From Octopus bimaculoides (Eukaryota): a DNA stretch of 64,000 bases. Positions 13,787 through 26,153 of this stretch are shown here, piece by piece. Below the pieces are notes generated by a model. That model was not told where the DNA came from. It saw only the letters and a list, made by a program, of their open reading frames with translations, and ran no database searches. Position 1 is the stretch's first letter; each line of letters starts with the position of its first letter. The position numbers and the translations under genes are program-made. The stretch covers positions 49,549,373-49,613,372 of the forward strand of contig NC_068998.1 of the NCBI RefSeq assembly GCF_001194135.2, read 5' to 3'.

Positions 13787-15661
13787 CTTTTATTGATAAA
13801 CTTTGACAGCCGATTTCTAGAAATATTATGTGAAACATGGCTGTAATATACAAAGCATTAAATACTTTTTGACAATGTATTAATTTCGTTCCGCAACCCA
13901 ATATCAAAATATATATGATCTGCAATTCAGAGAAATGTCTGATGCCAAATACACCCGGTTACCCATTAAAAGAGTAAGAAACGTAATTTAATAAAAAGCA
14001 CAACTATACAAGTACACGTATATGGGAGGTCATAGAGATATGGCATTTTAGCTACTTTTCTCACTACAACACATATATCAAAGAACATCAACGATGCCCA
14101 TTGAAAAGGGAACAGCTATATTTCCACAATGTATAACGTCACAATTTAAATACACTACAACCATTATTAAGAGAACCAGGAAATTTTACATATATATATA
14201 TCTGTACTATTTTAATGGTGTTTTATTCGGTGCTTGAATATTCTAATATCAGAACATTTAAGTACTGTTTCGTAACGCGTAACGTATTGTTATTTTTATC
14301 GATATTGAATATGCCTAATAATCGAATCACACAGTTTGATGCTTTGAACACCGATGTGACTCGTTCCACTTTCGGAATTGTATGATTATGAACTACTTGA
14401 ACTATTGTTCCGAATAATCAATGTTCACATATATACAAATCTAATTAACTTTCACTTATTTGGGAAATACGAAGACTACAATTACATTGATCATGTTAAT
14501 GTGTCGTCGACGGCATAAAATATTTATTGCACATGCAATGATAGCACAAGATGATAATCATACAAAAATGAAGTATTTATAAGCACGCACATATATATTA
14601 TTATAGAGATGATGATATCAATATACAAATAAAACTGCATGGGTTTGATATACAAAATATATTTACACGTATACATGTAGATGGAGAGAAAGAAAATACT
14701 GATTATATATATATATATGCATACATACATGAGGCTAAATATAAAAACACATCTTTGTATTAACCGGAAATTTTTTTCCAAGGGATGCAACTCAACTTGA
14801 AAAGCATCATTAAATATATTTTCAAATATAATCGCAGTGACCGAGTGAATTCGGATAAATGGAGTACAGTTGCAAAATGCGTAACACGAAACGATGTAAG
14901 TTGACGTAGACTTGTATACATACGTGTACGTATGTGATTATTCTATATATAAAGCTTATTTATATATGTATGTGTGTATGTGCATTGTAGAATTTATGTA
15001 TTGTCACATCGTTTTGCAACAGGATTTCTAACTCCGCGCCCCATCTGCTTAACATACAAGAGATAATAGATGTCGAAATAACAATCAAGGCTTAAGGCGG
15101 CGAGCTGGCAGAAACGTTAGCATACCGAGCGAAATGCTTAACGGTATTTCGTCAGTCTTTACGTTCTGAGTTCAAATTCCACTGAGGTCGACTTTGTGTT
15201 TCATACTTTCGGAGTCGATAAATTAAGTACCACTTGTGTACTGGGATCGATGTAATGGGTTGGCCATCTTCCCAAAGATTTCGGGCCTTGTGCCTAGAGT
15301 AGAAAATAATAACAAGCAAGGCTTGAAATATTATGCACGATTCCACCTACCATATCCTTAAAGAGAGTGTCCCAGGAAAAGCACAGTTCTGTGAGTGAAG
15401 CAATCACATGAACGGAACGTATAAAAGAAGTATATGTCCTCGGGTGTGCATGCCTGTTTGTGTGTGTGTGTGTACACGTGGCTATCTCTTCTTTGTATGT
15501 ACATATGTCTATATATAACCAAACTAGGCTGCCAGATAGACAAAAAATGCAGCAGTGACACTGACTGTAGACTAAATGAATATATTATTAGACATGCCGA
15601 ATATTGTATCATATAATTACTTACCAAGAAATAAAATATAGGTTGGTAGCAAATACTTCAT
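9704..15661 (-). CDS. P3: six-Cys-family protein, predicted secreted (no intact GPI exon), 84 aa
   Basis: Exons 15661-15625, 13668-13569 (100 nt), 12059-11971 (89 nt), 9732-9704; all GT-AG. MKYLLPTYILFLGFATSEFCIDSANQLCPLALEKYPLKQPDTNFCKRLDVFQHCFDAIFPNCNDYFHNVHAIRCKGQKPYNPDS*. E1-E3 are secure; the last exon choice is inferred. Confidence 0.8.
9831..9950 (-). pseudogene. Degenerate GPI exon (E4) of P3
   Basis: Ends in AATATTAACTGTGATAAT|GTAAAT, like the E4 3' ends of P4/P6 (AATTCAACTG...|GTAAG); a hydrophobic LLLIVVIICFISIN* tail is present but out of frame and preceded by TAG; the phase-1 frame stops after DIAYDIKIKMA. Confidence 0.5.
9960..10105 (+). mobile_element. 5'-truncated SINE family A copy
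   Basis: ccgaggtcgac...tttcatcc...ctagagtagaaaagaata body and tail; flanked by GTTAAC on both sides (possible TSD). Confidence 0.7.
11540..11743. mobile_element. Tc1/mariner-type MITE, ~200 bp
   Basis: Imperfect terminal inverted repeats cagggtgtgcaaaa (11540-11553) and ttttgaacacccta (11730-11743). Confidence 0.55.
12680..12780 (+). mobile_element. 3' fragment of the element found at 40590-40870
   Basis: gccgaaacgttgttaacaacaaagatgaggacaaat...(atgtaaata)n is the reverse complement of 40590-40680. Confidence 0.6.
12820..13285 (-). mobile_element. SINE family B
   Basis: Same head, body and internal microsatellite as 6221-6628. In P3 intron 2. Confidence 0.85.
15094..15310 (+). mobile_element. 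SINE family A, full length
   Basis: aaggcggcgagctggcagaaacgttag (A box), gagttcaaattcc (B box), ending ctagagtagaaaataat. In P3 intron 1. Confidence 0.85.
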
Positions 15662-16794
15662 GCTGTGTATTCTTGTAAAATACATTGCTTGCCGTTTTAA
15701 GCGTCGCGAGACTCTGCGATGTGGTTAGGATTTTAGATGTGTCTCTGTATTCTTTGTTGCTGTGAGTGTGTTCCTGCGTAACCTATACATGTTGTAGGAC
15801 AACTACTTTTGTTTCTGTTGTAGATGACGTATTCAAATGTATTAAGTGATTTAGTTGACAAGTTCATTTGCTTTATGTGAAAGAGAGTGTATTGCTTTTT
15901 TTTTTCAGATCGATGAGAAAGAATTTAGAATGTTTATACATTAATTCTCAGTTGGTTGTGAAAATGTGAAATCGCACTTCATGTTGAGAACGAGGCTTAA
16001 TTAATATGTTTAATTACTATATTATTTTCCTAAAACTGGGGATATTTTAACCCCAGTTATTTAGTCTCCTCTTCATACCTCGTGAAACCTACTGGTTTCG
16101 AAACAAAGAAATATTCAATATCATGTTTAAAATCTTCACAATTAACAAAGTGTTTTATCTGTATATAATCCTGCAATGAGAAAACTACAGTCGGATCGAG
16201 AAACAACAAGAGAGAAAGTTACATAAGGCAAAATACCCAAATGTTTTCCAATATGACTCTGACAATAGATGGTTTTGTATTATTGTGAAAGAGCAACACA
16301 TCTTTACGATTGCTTAAATTATTTGCAATTATGTCGTGAATGCTTGTACAATGATTTCAGTAGATATGTATACTTTTTTGCATTAAGTGTTTCGTTGTGG
16401 CATAACACTCTGATTCACGGAACCTGCTTCTTTTTTTTTTTTCACGAAACGCAGGGTAATCGGTTTTTGGGGCGCAATTCTCTTTTGAGCATCGATTCTC
16501 ATTTCAATTTGAACCAATCATCATTGATTCCGACGCATACGATTATATAGAAACTACTTTTCATTGCTTATATTAAATCTACACAAGAAACATTGAACAT
16601 TCAACGATGAGCAGAGATTAACACTTAATTTGAGCGGAGAAACACCAGACGATTAGGGCCCACTGACCAAATGTAGGTAATTGTCTCAGCACAAGGAATT
16701 GTTTTTATTATCAAAATGTGATTAGAAAGAGATCATTTTGCATATTCCCCCGCGTTTCTTTTCTTGCGCTTAGCTACGATTTTTGAAAGATTAA

Positions 16795-17220
16795 TATTCT
16801 TTTCTACTCGAGGCACAAGGCCCGAAACTTTGGGGGAAGGGGGTCAGTCGATTAGATCGACCCCAGTATGCAACTGGTACTTAATTTATCGACCATGAAA
16901 TGATGAAAGGCAAAGTCGACCACAACAAAATTTGAACTCAGAACGTTAAGACAGATGAAGCATTTAGACCGGCGTGCTAACGTTTCTTATTTCTTTATTG
17001 CCCATAAGGGGGTAAACATAGAGGGGACAAACAACGACAGACAAAGGAATTAAGTCGATTACATCGAGCCCAGTGCGTAACTGGTACTTAATTTATCCAC
17101 CCCGAAAGGATGAAAGGCTAAGTCGATCTCGGCGGGATTTGAACTCAGAACGTAAAGACAGACGAAATACCGCTAAGCATTTTGCTCGGTGTGCTAACGT
17201 TTCTGCCAGCTCGCTGCCTT
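16795..17220 (-). mobile_element. Two adjacent SINE family A copies with different 3' tails
   Basis: 16795-16987 (tail as at 15094) and 16988-17220 (full head ending ccagctcgctgcctt, alternative tail). Confidence 0.85.
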
Positions 17221-18463
17221 TTGGAAGCTCAGTATTGTCAAACTTTGTCTTCTCCAATATGATAATATGTGAGAGAGAAGTAAAACTGTTTAAACCATTG
17301 TTGGAATGTCCAGAAGATTCAATCTCCAGATTCATGGAAAGAACGAACATTTATCAGCGCTTCCTTTGCAGTAAATTGCTTTTTGAATTCATGCAATTTG
17401 ATGTTAATGACCTGTATGGAAAGACATAATACATGAAAAAGTATATTAAACGTTTCATAAGCCAATACTGTGTCCTATTGTGTTAGCAGTGGTATTACAT
17501 CACTTATTATTCTTATCTAAGAAGATTTTCTATGCAAATTCCGACCAGCACTGATTATATTGCGTTTCTTATCCAAGACGCTTGTTACTTCATCAAGCGT
17601 CTCAGATATGAAATGTCATAACAAAACCAGTGCTGCAAAGATAACGTTAGCATACAATATGCCATGTTTCATTTAATTTCATTTTAAAAAAGTAAACAGA
17701 TTGCAAATTTAAACCCAGTAGCGCACAAAAGAGAAAAAAAAACACTTCAAAGAACAAAAAGTACGCTGGAATGTAAATCTGAAACGTTTGTCATGCGCAT
17801 GAAGGGTTGATCATTCTTTCTTCTTAATATCTTCCAGGCGCAATAATTATTAAAGTACAAATTATATTTTTCATTGCTATTTTTAACTGATACATTTGTA
17901 AACGTCACTCATTAAGCTTATTATTTATACATTCTGCACGCTGTATGTGTGTTGTGCTAGGAGTATTGCTGCCAAATTTATTTCGTGTGCTGGATTCTAT
18001 AGATAAGGTATCTTTTCTCCGTTAATATGTGAATATACATATGATACTATGATACATAATAGAGTGCATTACAATTGCTTCCGACTGTAAGCGTATGATG
18101 AATTAACACTTGTTTCCTTTATGTTTGACAAATATCACCACTGACATCTCAGATAATCAATTCTGCCGATGTTGTTTCAAAAATGTCCATTTAAAATTTA
18201 AACTTAAAAAAGAAAAGAAATACATTCATATGACGTGTCACTTCAATGTTATTCAGATCACATTGTCAAACTTTGTTTCTTATAATATCCCTTTACAAGC
18301 AAATTGATATTTCGCACCAATCAAATGACGCATTCTTGTGAGAATTGTATCGTTTTTCTCGGGCATTTTTTTTATTTCTCGCGTACAGTAAGATGTTCTC
18401 CAAATATAGATGGTGATTTATATTTATTGTAGTCTTTGCAAGCTTATAGGAAAGCATGAATTT

Positions 18464-18465
<2 letters not shown>

Positions 18466-18495
<30 letters not shown>

Positions 18496-18513
18496 GTTCA
18501 GTAGTTTTAGTTT
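18466..18513 (-). mobile_element. R4/Dong 3' terminus with (TAA)n tail, running into the 18514-19422 gap
   Basis: Reverse complement aaactaaaactactgaacaataataat matches ataaaactactgaataataat at 231-250. Confidence 0.6.
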
Positions 18514-19759
18514 NNNNNNNNNNNNNNNNNNNNNNNNNNNNNNNNNNNNNNNNNNNNNNNNNNNNNNNNNNNNNNNNNNNNNNNNNNNNNNNNNNNNNNN
18601 NNNNNNNNNNNNNNNNNNNNNNNNNNNNNNNNNNNNNNNNNNNNNNNNNNNNNNNNNNNNNNNNNNNNNNNNNNNNNNNNNNNNNNNNNNNNNNNNNNNN
18701 NNNNNNNNNNNNNNNNNNNNNNNNNNNNNNNNNNNNNNNNNNNNNNNNNNNNNNNNNNNNNNNNNNNNNNNNNNNNNNNNNNNNNNNNNNNNNNNNNNNN
18801 NNNNNNNNNNNNNNNNNNNNNNNNNNNNNNNNNNNNNNNNNNNNNNNNNNNNNNNNNNNNNNNNNNNNNNNNNNNNNNNNNNNNNNNNNNNNNNNNNNNN
18901 NNNNNNNNNNNNNNNNNNNNNNNNNNNNNNNNNNNNNNNNNNNNNNNNNNNNNNNNNNNNNNNNNNNNNNNNNNNNNNNNNNNNNNNNNNNNNNNNNNNN
19001 NNNNNNNNNNNNNNNNNNNNNNNNNNNNNNNNNNNNNNNNNNNNNNNNNNNNNNNNNNNNNNNNNNNNNNNNNNNNNNNNNNNNNNNNNNNNNNNNNNNN
19101 NNNNNNNNNNNNNNNNNNNNNNNNNNNNNNNNNNNNNNNNNNNNNNNNNNNNNNNNNNNNNNNNNNNNNNNNNNNNNNNNNNNNNNNNNNNNNNNNNNNN
19201 NNNNNNNNNNNNNNNNNNNNNNNNNNNNNNNNNNNNNNNNNNNNNNNNNNNNNNNNNNNNNNNNNNNNNNNNNNNNNNNNNNNNNNNNNNNNNNNNNNNN
19301 NNNNNNNNNNNNNNNNNNNNNNNNNNNNNNNNNNNNNNNNNNNNNNNNNNNNNNNNNNNNNNNNNNNNNNNNNNNNNNNNNNNNNNNNNNNNNNNNNNNN
19401 NNNNNNNNNNNNNNNNNNNNNNAGTAGTTTAGTCGTAGTATTTTCATTGTTGTTCTCGTTGTTGTTGGTGTTATGATTACTAATATTTTTACCTATATAG
19501 GCGTATTCGATACTCCCTTGTAAGATGTCGGCGGATCTGACTTACTGTGTGAAGCTTGGGTCAGAAAAGGTCCAATGTTACTGAGCCTTACATACACACA
19601 GATACACACGCACATGCATATGCGCACACACACACACACGTACGCATACACAGGAACATGCGCACATGCACACACGCACATATATATATATATATATAGA
19701 AATTAATGCTAGAAATGTTACCAATAACATTTGGCACAAAAAATAACAGATACTTTATT

Positions 19760-19920
19760 ATATAAATGAAATGCGTTTTATTTCTATATGCAGTCTGAGT
19801 ACGTTCCATAAATATACACTTGTTGGAGGCTGAAGTTTGTTGGTAAAGAATTGCCCGGTAAAAATAACAAAGAACGTTAGTAAATGCGAACGTGTGCACC
19901 AAAGATAATTTGCACTTCTG
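19760..19920 (-). other. Candidate P4 terminal 3'UTR exon E5
   Basis: Acceptor tttaacattttacag|CAG at 19921/19920; AATAAA near 19780; first good acceptor after E4. No clear homology to other E5 copies. Confidence 0.4.
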
Positions 19921-20258
19921 CTGTAAAATGTTAAACTATATTTATAATATTCAAGTTAAGGTTGTAATTTTGTTATACATTTTAAATACTTTTGTTGAAA
20001 AAAAAAAAGAAACATTTTAAAAACATATAAACGTACAGTTAATACAGGCTTGATAAATGATATTAATGCTTTATCACATAGGAATGTATATNNNNNNNNN
20101 NNNNNNNNNNNNNNNNNNNNNNNNNNNNNNNNNNNNNNNNNNNNNNNNNNNNNNNNNNNNNNNNNNNNNNNNNNNNNNNNNNNNNNNNNNNNNNNNNNNN
20201 NNNNNNNNNNNNNNNNNNNNNNNNNNNNNNNNNNNNNNNNNNTATATATTCAAAAGTA

Positions 20259-20301
<43 letters not shown>

Positions 20302-20374
20302 AAGTATATATGTATATATATATATTCTAAAGTTCTCTTACATTAAACATAACTTCAGTTGAATTCGTATTTCG

Positions 20375-22147
20375 TCACAATATTTGCATAAGTATAAGAA
20401 GAAATGAGGCGTTTAGGCTTTTAATGAAGATCTGACGATCACCGTTCTGTGCCGATTCCGCTGTAGTACCTGGAAAAAACGACATTGATTCGGTTTTGTG
20501 CGTGAGCAATATTTTTGAAGTAAAATATGTTTTGAAGCGTAACATGACTAAGCTATTCATGGAAATTTGGAGTGTTGACAGTAATCTGTTTCTCATTCTA
20601 ACACTCACTCCTCTATTCTCGAAATAAACTTTCATAAAAAGAATTCCAATACAGTTATTGGTTTTTATTGAAACATTTTCACGGCATTTGCTTTGTATAT
20701 GCTTGATATTTATGAACTTGGAGAGATAGAAGCTCAGAATGTGTAGTCATAAATATATATCACATGAAAGATTTTCAGCAGTCCTTCAATTACGCATTTA
20801 TTGAATGCATAAATGATAATTCGTCATACTTTCGGGAGCTTGGAATTCATTCGGTGAAAGATAAATTAAAATCAATGCACAGACAACATTACTTTTTGAC
20901 AGGTCGATATTAATTAACCAAAATCAATCTATTATTTGCGATGTATTTCGTGGAAATACTGATTTATAACGAGAAGAAAAGTATTCTGTATCAGCTTACT
21001 TTTGCACGTCTTCATATATATATTGAAGAAATATGATGTACACCTTTTCGACAGGAAAAAATGACATTTTTCTAATAGAACCAAGCGTCTACAAAATAAA
21101 AAGACAGGAATATATTGCAATACTTTCTCTGCCTGCAATGCAATACATAATTAATCGAACATTAAATCAATGCTATTTTTAAATGTCTGCTATTGTTTCA
21201 AATGAGTAGTCAGTAAAATTAATGAATAAATTGTCCAAACTCGGGTGGGGAAACTTTTTAGAGCGGCGGAAAAATCTTCGAAAGGAAAAAGTCCGCGGGA
21301 GGATCACATGTTCTAACTCTAATATCTGTGTAAATCTTGTATATATCTATGAATAATTTGCTATACATTAATAAAGATAAGTTTAACATAAATTAACGCA
21401 TAACATCTTCTTTAGCAGGCTAAGTGCTGGCCTAGGTATCGAAGTCCTGAATTTATTTTGGAGCATGACAAGTTATACGGAATATTTCTATGTTTGAGAT
21501 GATGTATGTGACTGGAGAGGATTGTAGATTTACTCTATTTGTACCTACGTCTATTTATAGAAACTTTACCATTATATCATATCATTCTCCCCTTCCCCTT
21601 TCAGGTTTACTACTCACTTAAGTACATCCGCACTATATTTTATTTACTCACTTAAGTACATCCGCACTACATTTTATTTACCATATTAGGGCCGTTCAAA
21701 CATATCACCCAATGTATCATTCTCACAAATATTCCTTCCTTACATTCTTACCTCTTCCTTCTATCCCTCACCTAATCTTGGTAGCTCTGCTCTCCCAACC
21801 CCCTCACAATATCTTGAGCACCAACTAGTACTCCGTTTTCAATTTTCTTCTTTCTGTCTTTTTTTCTATCTTCTTTCAAACGTTATTCCTTTTGTCTAAT
21901 ACCATTCTCCTCCTACCATGCACATCTATTCTCTTCTCTCTATCTACTTCCCCTAGCAGTACATTCTCAAAATTTCATTCACACCACAAGATTCCTTTGA
22001 ATGAATAGCTCATAGCAAAATATGAGCTCCTATCGCAAATCTACATAGCATGGACAAGAAGCATTTCTACCCATTCTAACTTTCTCTTTATAAATATCCT
22101 ATAAATTCCACGTAATCTTGGGTTTGTTGTCTCATTTTATTTAACAT

Positions 22148-22230
<83 letters not shown>

Positions 22231-22854
22231 TGACATAAATATCTCAAGCGTAACAATATCGCACTAGATAAAGCAAATGTAGTAAAAGAATTAGTCCAAT
22301 GTCAGACACAGAAATATTTAGGAAACAATGAACTAGATACAGTGCACATAAATGAATGAGAAGCTAAGAAAGTAATACGATAGACGAGTTAGATAAATAT
22401 TCAAAATAGAAATCAATGCGACAAAGTAAATACTAATTATCTACGTAAAACTATTTCCTACGTAAAACTATTTTAATACAGAAAAGTAAGAACACCACAA
22501 GCCACAACACATACCCTAATTACACAAAGCTGCGCTCGGTAGCACAAATAAAGCGCCTGAAAGTTTAAACTACTAAAAAATAATAATGAGAGTATGTATA
22601 CTTGCAGTGGTCCACATCAGGATTAAGTACGGGATACACTTTCAGAGCTGTAGGGCATAAGGCTTCACTCATTTCTATGCAAAACTCTTTTGCCGTAACA
22701 CCTAGAAAAATAAAATTTCCATATACTGAAACAATTGTTTAAATGCATTCAAAGGAATTTCAGGGAATTCCTCATGCTTTGTTATTTAATACTTTTCTGA
22801 CCAAACGCTAATCAGTTGATATTGCTGGGACATCGGTTAGAATTTTGTGAATAA

Positions 22855-22908
<54 letters not shown>

Positions 22909-23611
22909 GCGTGCGTGTCTTTTTGTATAAGTGTGTGCATATACAAATATATATNNNNNNNNNNNNNNNNNNNNNNNNNNNNNNNNNNNNNNNNNNNNNN
23001 NNNNNNNNNNNNNNNNNNNNNNNNNNNNNNNNNNNNNNNNNNNNNNNNNNNNNNNNNNNNNNNNNNNNNNNNNNNNNNNNNNNNNNNNNNNNNNNNNNNN
23101 NNNNNNNNNNNNNNNNNNNNNNNNNNNNNNNNNNNNNNNNNNNNNNNNNNNNNNNNNNNNNNNNNNNNNNNNNNNNNNNNNNNNNNNNNNNNNNNNNNNN
23201 NNNNNNNNNNNNNNNNNNNNNNNNNNNNNNNNNNNNNNNNNNNNNNNNNNNNNNNNNNNNNNNNNNNNNNNNNNNNNNNNNNNNNNNNNNNNNNNTAATA
23301 CCGGGCTGACTAGGTGCTTCAACATAAGTACCTAATTCAAGTGAATCTTAATTATTTCTGATAATATATATGTATGTATGTATGTTTGTATGTATGTATG
23401 TATGTATGTATGTATGTATGTATGTATGCAGAGTGTAGGCGATACAGTGTGACAGGATCAAAGACTGACAAGAGAATATTGCTTTCACCAAATCGCAGAA
23501 ACATATTCAGCCCATGCATTATGAATATGAATTTTATAGATATGGACAATACGTAACAGACAGCAGCCTACCTGCAAAGAGAATAGATATTAATATAAGT
23601 GTTTTCATCAT
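20375..23611 (-). CDS. P4: GPI-anchored six-Cys-family protein, 106-107 aa
   Basis: Exons 23611/23608-23572, 22701-22602 (100 nt), 21088-21000 (89 nt), 20469-20375 (donor after 20342). (M)MKTLILISILFAGVTAKEFCIEMSEALCPTALKVYPVLNPDVDHCKRLVLLEKCHFFLSKRCTSYFFNIYMKTCKSTTAESAQNGDRQIFIKSLNASFLLILMQIL*. Confidence 0.9.
22478..22586 (+). mobile_element. Degenerate R4/Dong 3'UTR fragment
   Basis: gccacaacacataccc...agctgcgctcggtag...aaactactaaaaaataataat aligns with 146-250; ends ~16 nt from the P4 E2 donor. Confidence 0.7.
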
Positions 23612-24799
23612 GGATATTAGTGTTAATCCGAACGTCTAGTCTTGTAATTTCTTTTACATTAAAGCTTATCTTACATTTTCTGGCCAAGGTGACAGATGTT
23701 TACACCTAAACAAAATCTAATTTTTATGATATGATTTTTTTATGTTGTTGTATTAATGTGGCATTTTAACGATGTAGATCACAAATTGCAGTGTTTTAAG
23801 TAGATCTGTAGACTTAAATAGACTTAAATAGGTTATTCCAATAGACTATTCCGTCTTACAAATAAACGTTCTTTTACTTAATTCAGTCATTAGTTTGAAG
23901 CCTTGCTGGGGCACCACCTGTAAGAACTTTTAGTCGAATAAATCGATTCAGTACCTTTATTTTTTATACCAGGTAATACTATTGGCTTTTCTTGCAGCAC
24001 AATCATTCCTGCCCTATACGCACAGGCACTGTGAATAAAATTAATAATTGTACGCTCTAAATATAAATGAAATATATCTATATCAAAACGAGAAATATTC
24101 AAGCACAACTATTATGCAAAAAATGTTACTCATGCGTTCAAACCAGCCAATTTGACTCTCAAAACTCATTCTCATCTTTATATACGTTACTTAATTGACA
24201 TTCAAGCGCAGAGAACACGCATTATTTACCACAATTGCGACGAAGATTTTTAGAAGGATATGAGGAGATAATAATTGCTCCTTCTTAATATAAAAGTGAT
24301 TTCATGTAATCTGGATATCAGTCGATTACGTGTGCTTTTGAAAATCTGAAATCACATGCGAACCGGCCATTATTTGGAAACAGAATCAAAAGTGAATGTT
24401 TTTGTATGGCTGTCTGTATGTTATAGTCCTTAGAATATACCCACGTGCTTCCATGATATTTCTGTCATAATAACTACCACATAGAGGATAGATTACACTT
24501 CAATGTCTTTGAAAGATATTCAATAAAACTGTAATAAAATAATGAAAGTTTGAATGTACTATTCCAGGAATAAAAAAATACAAATAAAAGTTAGACTTAA
24601 TGTATCAGAAATATTACTCAAATTGGGTATGAAATGTATGAAATAACAAAGACAGTGATATTCCACACGGAGGGCAGTATTTCAGCTGGTTGCGTTTATA
24701 AGCAAAATGCTGAAGAGAACATACGTATCTCTGAAACGATGTTCGCCGAAAAAATATCCTATTTGAATTGCAGAAAGAAGTCAAACTTTATGCCAATGT

Positions 24800-24990
24800 C
24801 TGTGTGTCCCCGTCCGCCCCATGCCCAAAGCAGTATTCAAACAACATTCGAACACATTTACGGAAACAAATCTAATATAAGAACAAAATGTGTATTATAA
24901 GGAAATATTTATTTCTTCATTTCTTTCTTTCTGATTTCGTGTCACAAAAACTCAGACCTTACGAATACGTCTTGCTTACAGGATAGTGAC
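24800..24990 (-). other. P5 terminal exon E5 (3'UTR; GHYPVSKTYS* if E4 is skipped)
   Basis: Acceptor ttttttttctttcag|GT at 24991/24990; AATAAA at 24913-24908; homologous to P6 E5 (33107) and P8 E5 (55810). 3' end approximate. Confidence 0.7.
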
Positions 24991-25464
24991 CTGAAAGAAA
25001 AAAAAGGAATATTATTTTTGACGTCTGTATTAAGTGAGTTTGTTGTTAGTTGGCGAGACTATATCTGTTTCTACATTCCAATCTAGTCGTTTGGTCTTTA
25101 AAATTGATGTTGTAATGACTCTATCCTTATATCACAGTCATGTAAGTATTCCAACTTCGTTGCACCACTGATCTGTATATGGCGTATTAATGCGTTGCGT
25201 GGGCGCTAGGGTAGTTTTCTTGTTAAACTGTTCTCTATCTTTGAACTCAGAGAATACGTTTCAAGTTTGGGAACGAGAAAGCAAATTTTAGTGACATTCT
25301 GTGTATTTGGTTAGATTGCATAATTAAAAAAATACTAAATTATTGTTTGTAAGATTTCGTTTTATGTATTTATTAACACACTCACTCGAAAACACACACG
25401 CTTATATACAACCACATAATATATGTATATGAATATATATACATATATGAATATATATACATAT

Positions 25465-25503
<39 letters not shown>

Positions 25504-25504
25504 C

Positions 25505-25556
<52 letters not shown>

Positions 25557-25711
25557 NNNNNNNNNNNNNNNNNNNNNNNNNNNNNNNNNNNNNNNNNNNN
25601 NNNNNNNNNNNNNNNNNNNNNNNNNNNNNNNNNNNNNNNNNNNNNNNNNNNNNNNNNNNNNNNNNNNNNNNNNNNNNNNNNNNNNNNNNNNNNNNNNNNN
25701 NNNNNNNNNNN

Positions 25712-25775
<64 letters not shown>

Positions 25776-26153
25776 CATGTATGCCTGCATATGTGAGTAC
25801 AGGATGTCAAACATTAGATATTTAATGCATTCCGTTCAATTACGTATTTTGTATATTCAACGTAATTTTGAAGGAACGAAATATATCAAACATGAATGAG
25901 ACACGGATATGTATCATTATAGTTGTATCTCCATTTCATTACACTGAAATAAATTAGGTAATTTTGAAAAGATAGCAGAGGTCGCAGTGGATACACCAGA
26001 GATGATGTGTCAGAAGTTGTATTTGTGACGTAAATAGTGTCTTCATATCATTTTGTTATGGCAAACAGATTTAAGTACAAAAAATACAAAATATCAGAAA
26101 GTAAATTAAATTAAGTCTTCTTACATCAAATGCCAGTTTGAATTATTATCCCA

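Noticed and set aside
17620-17672. Minus-strand MKHGILYANVIFAALVLL*, signal-peptide-like
   Set aside because: No GT donor at the expected position and no downstream E2; may be chance or a very old relic.
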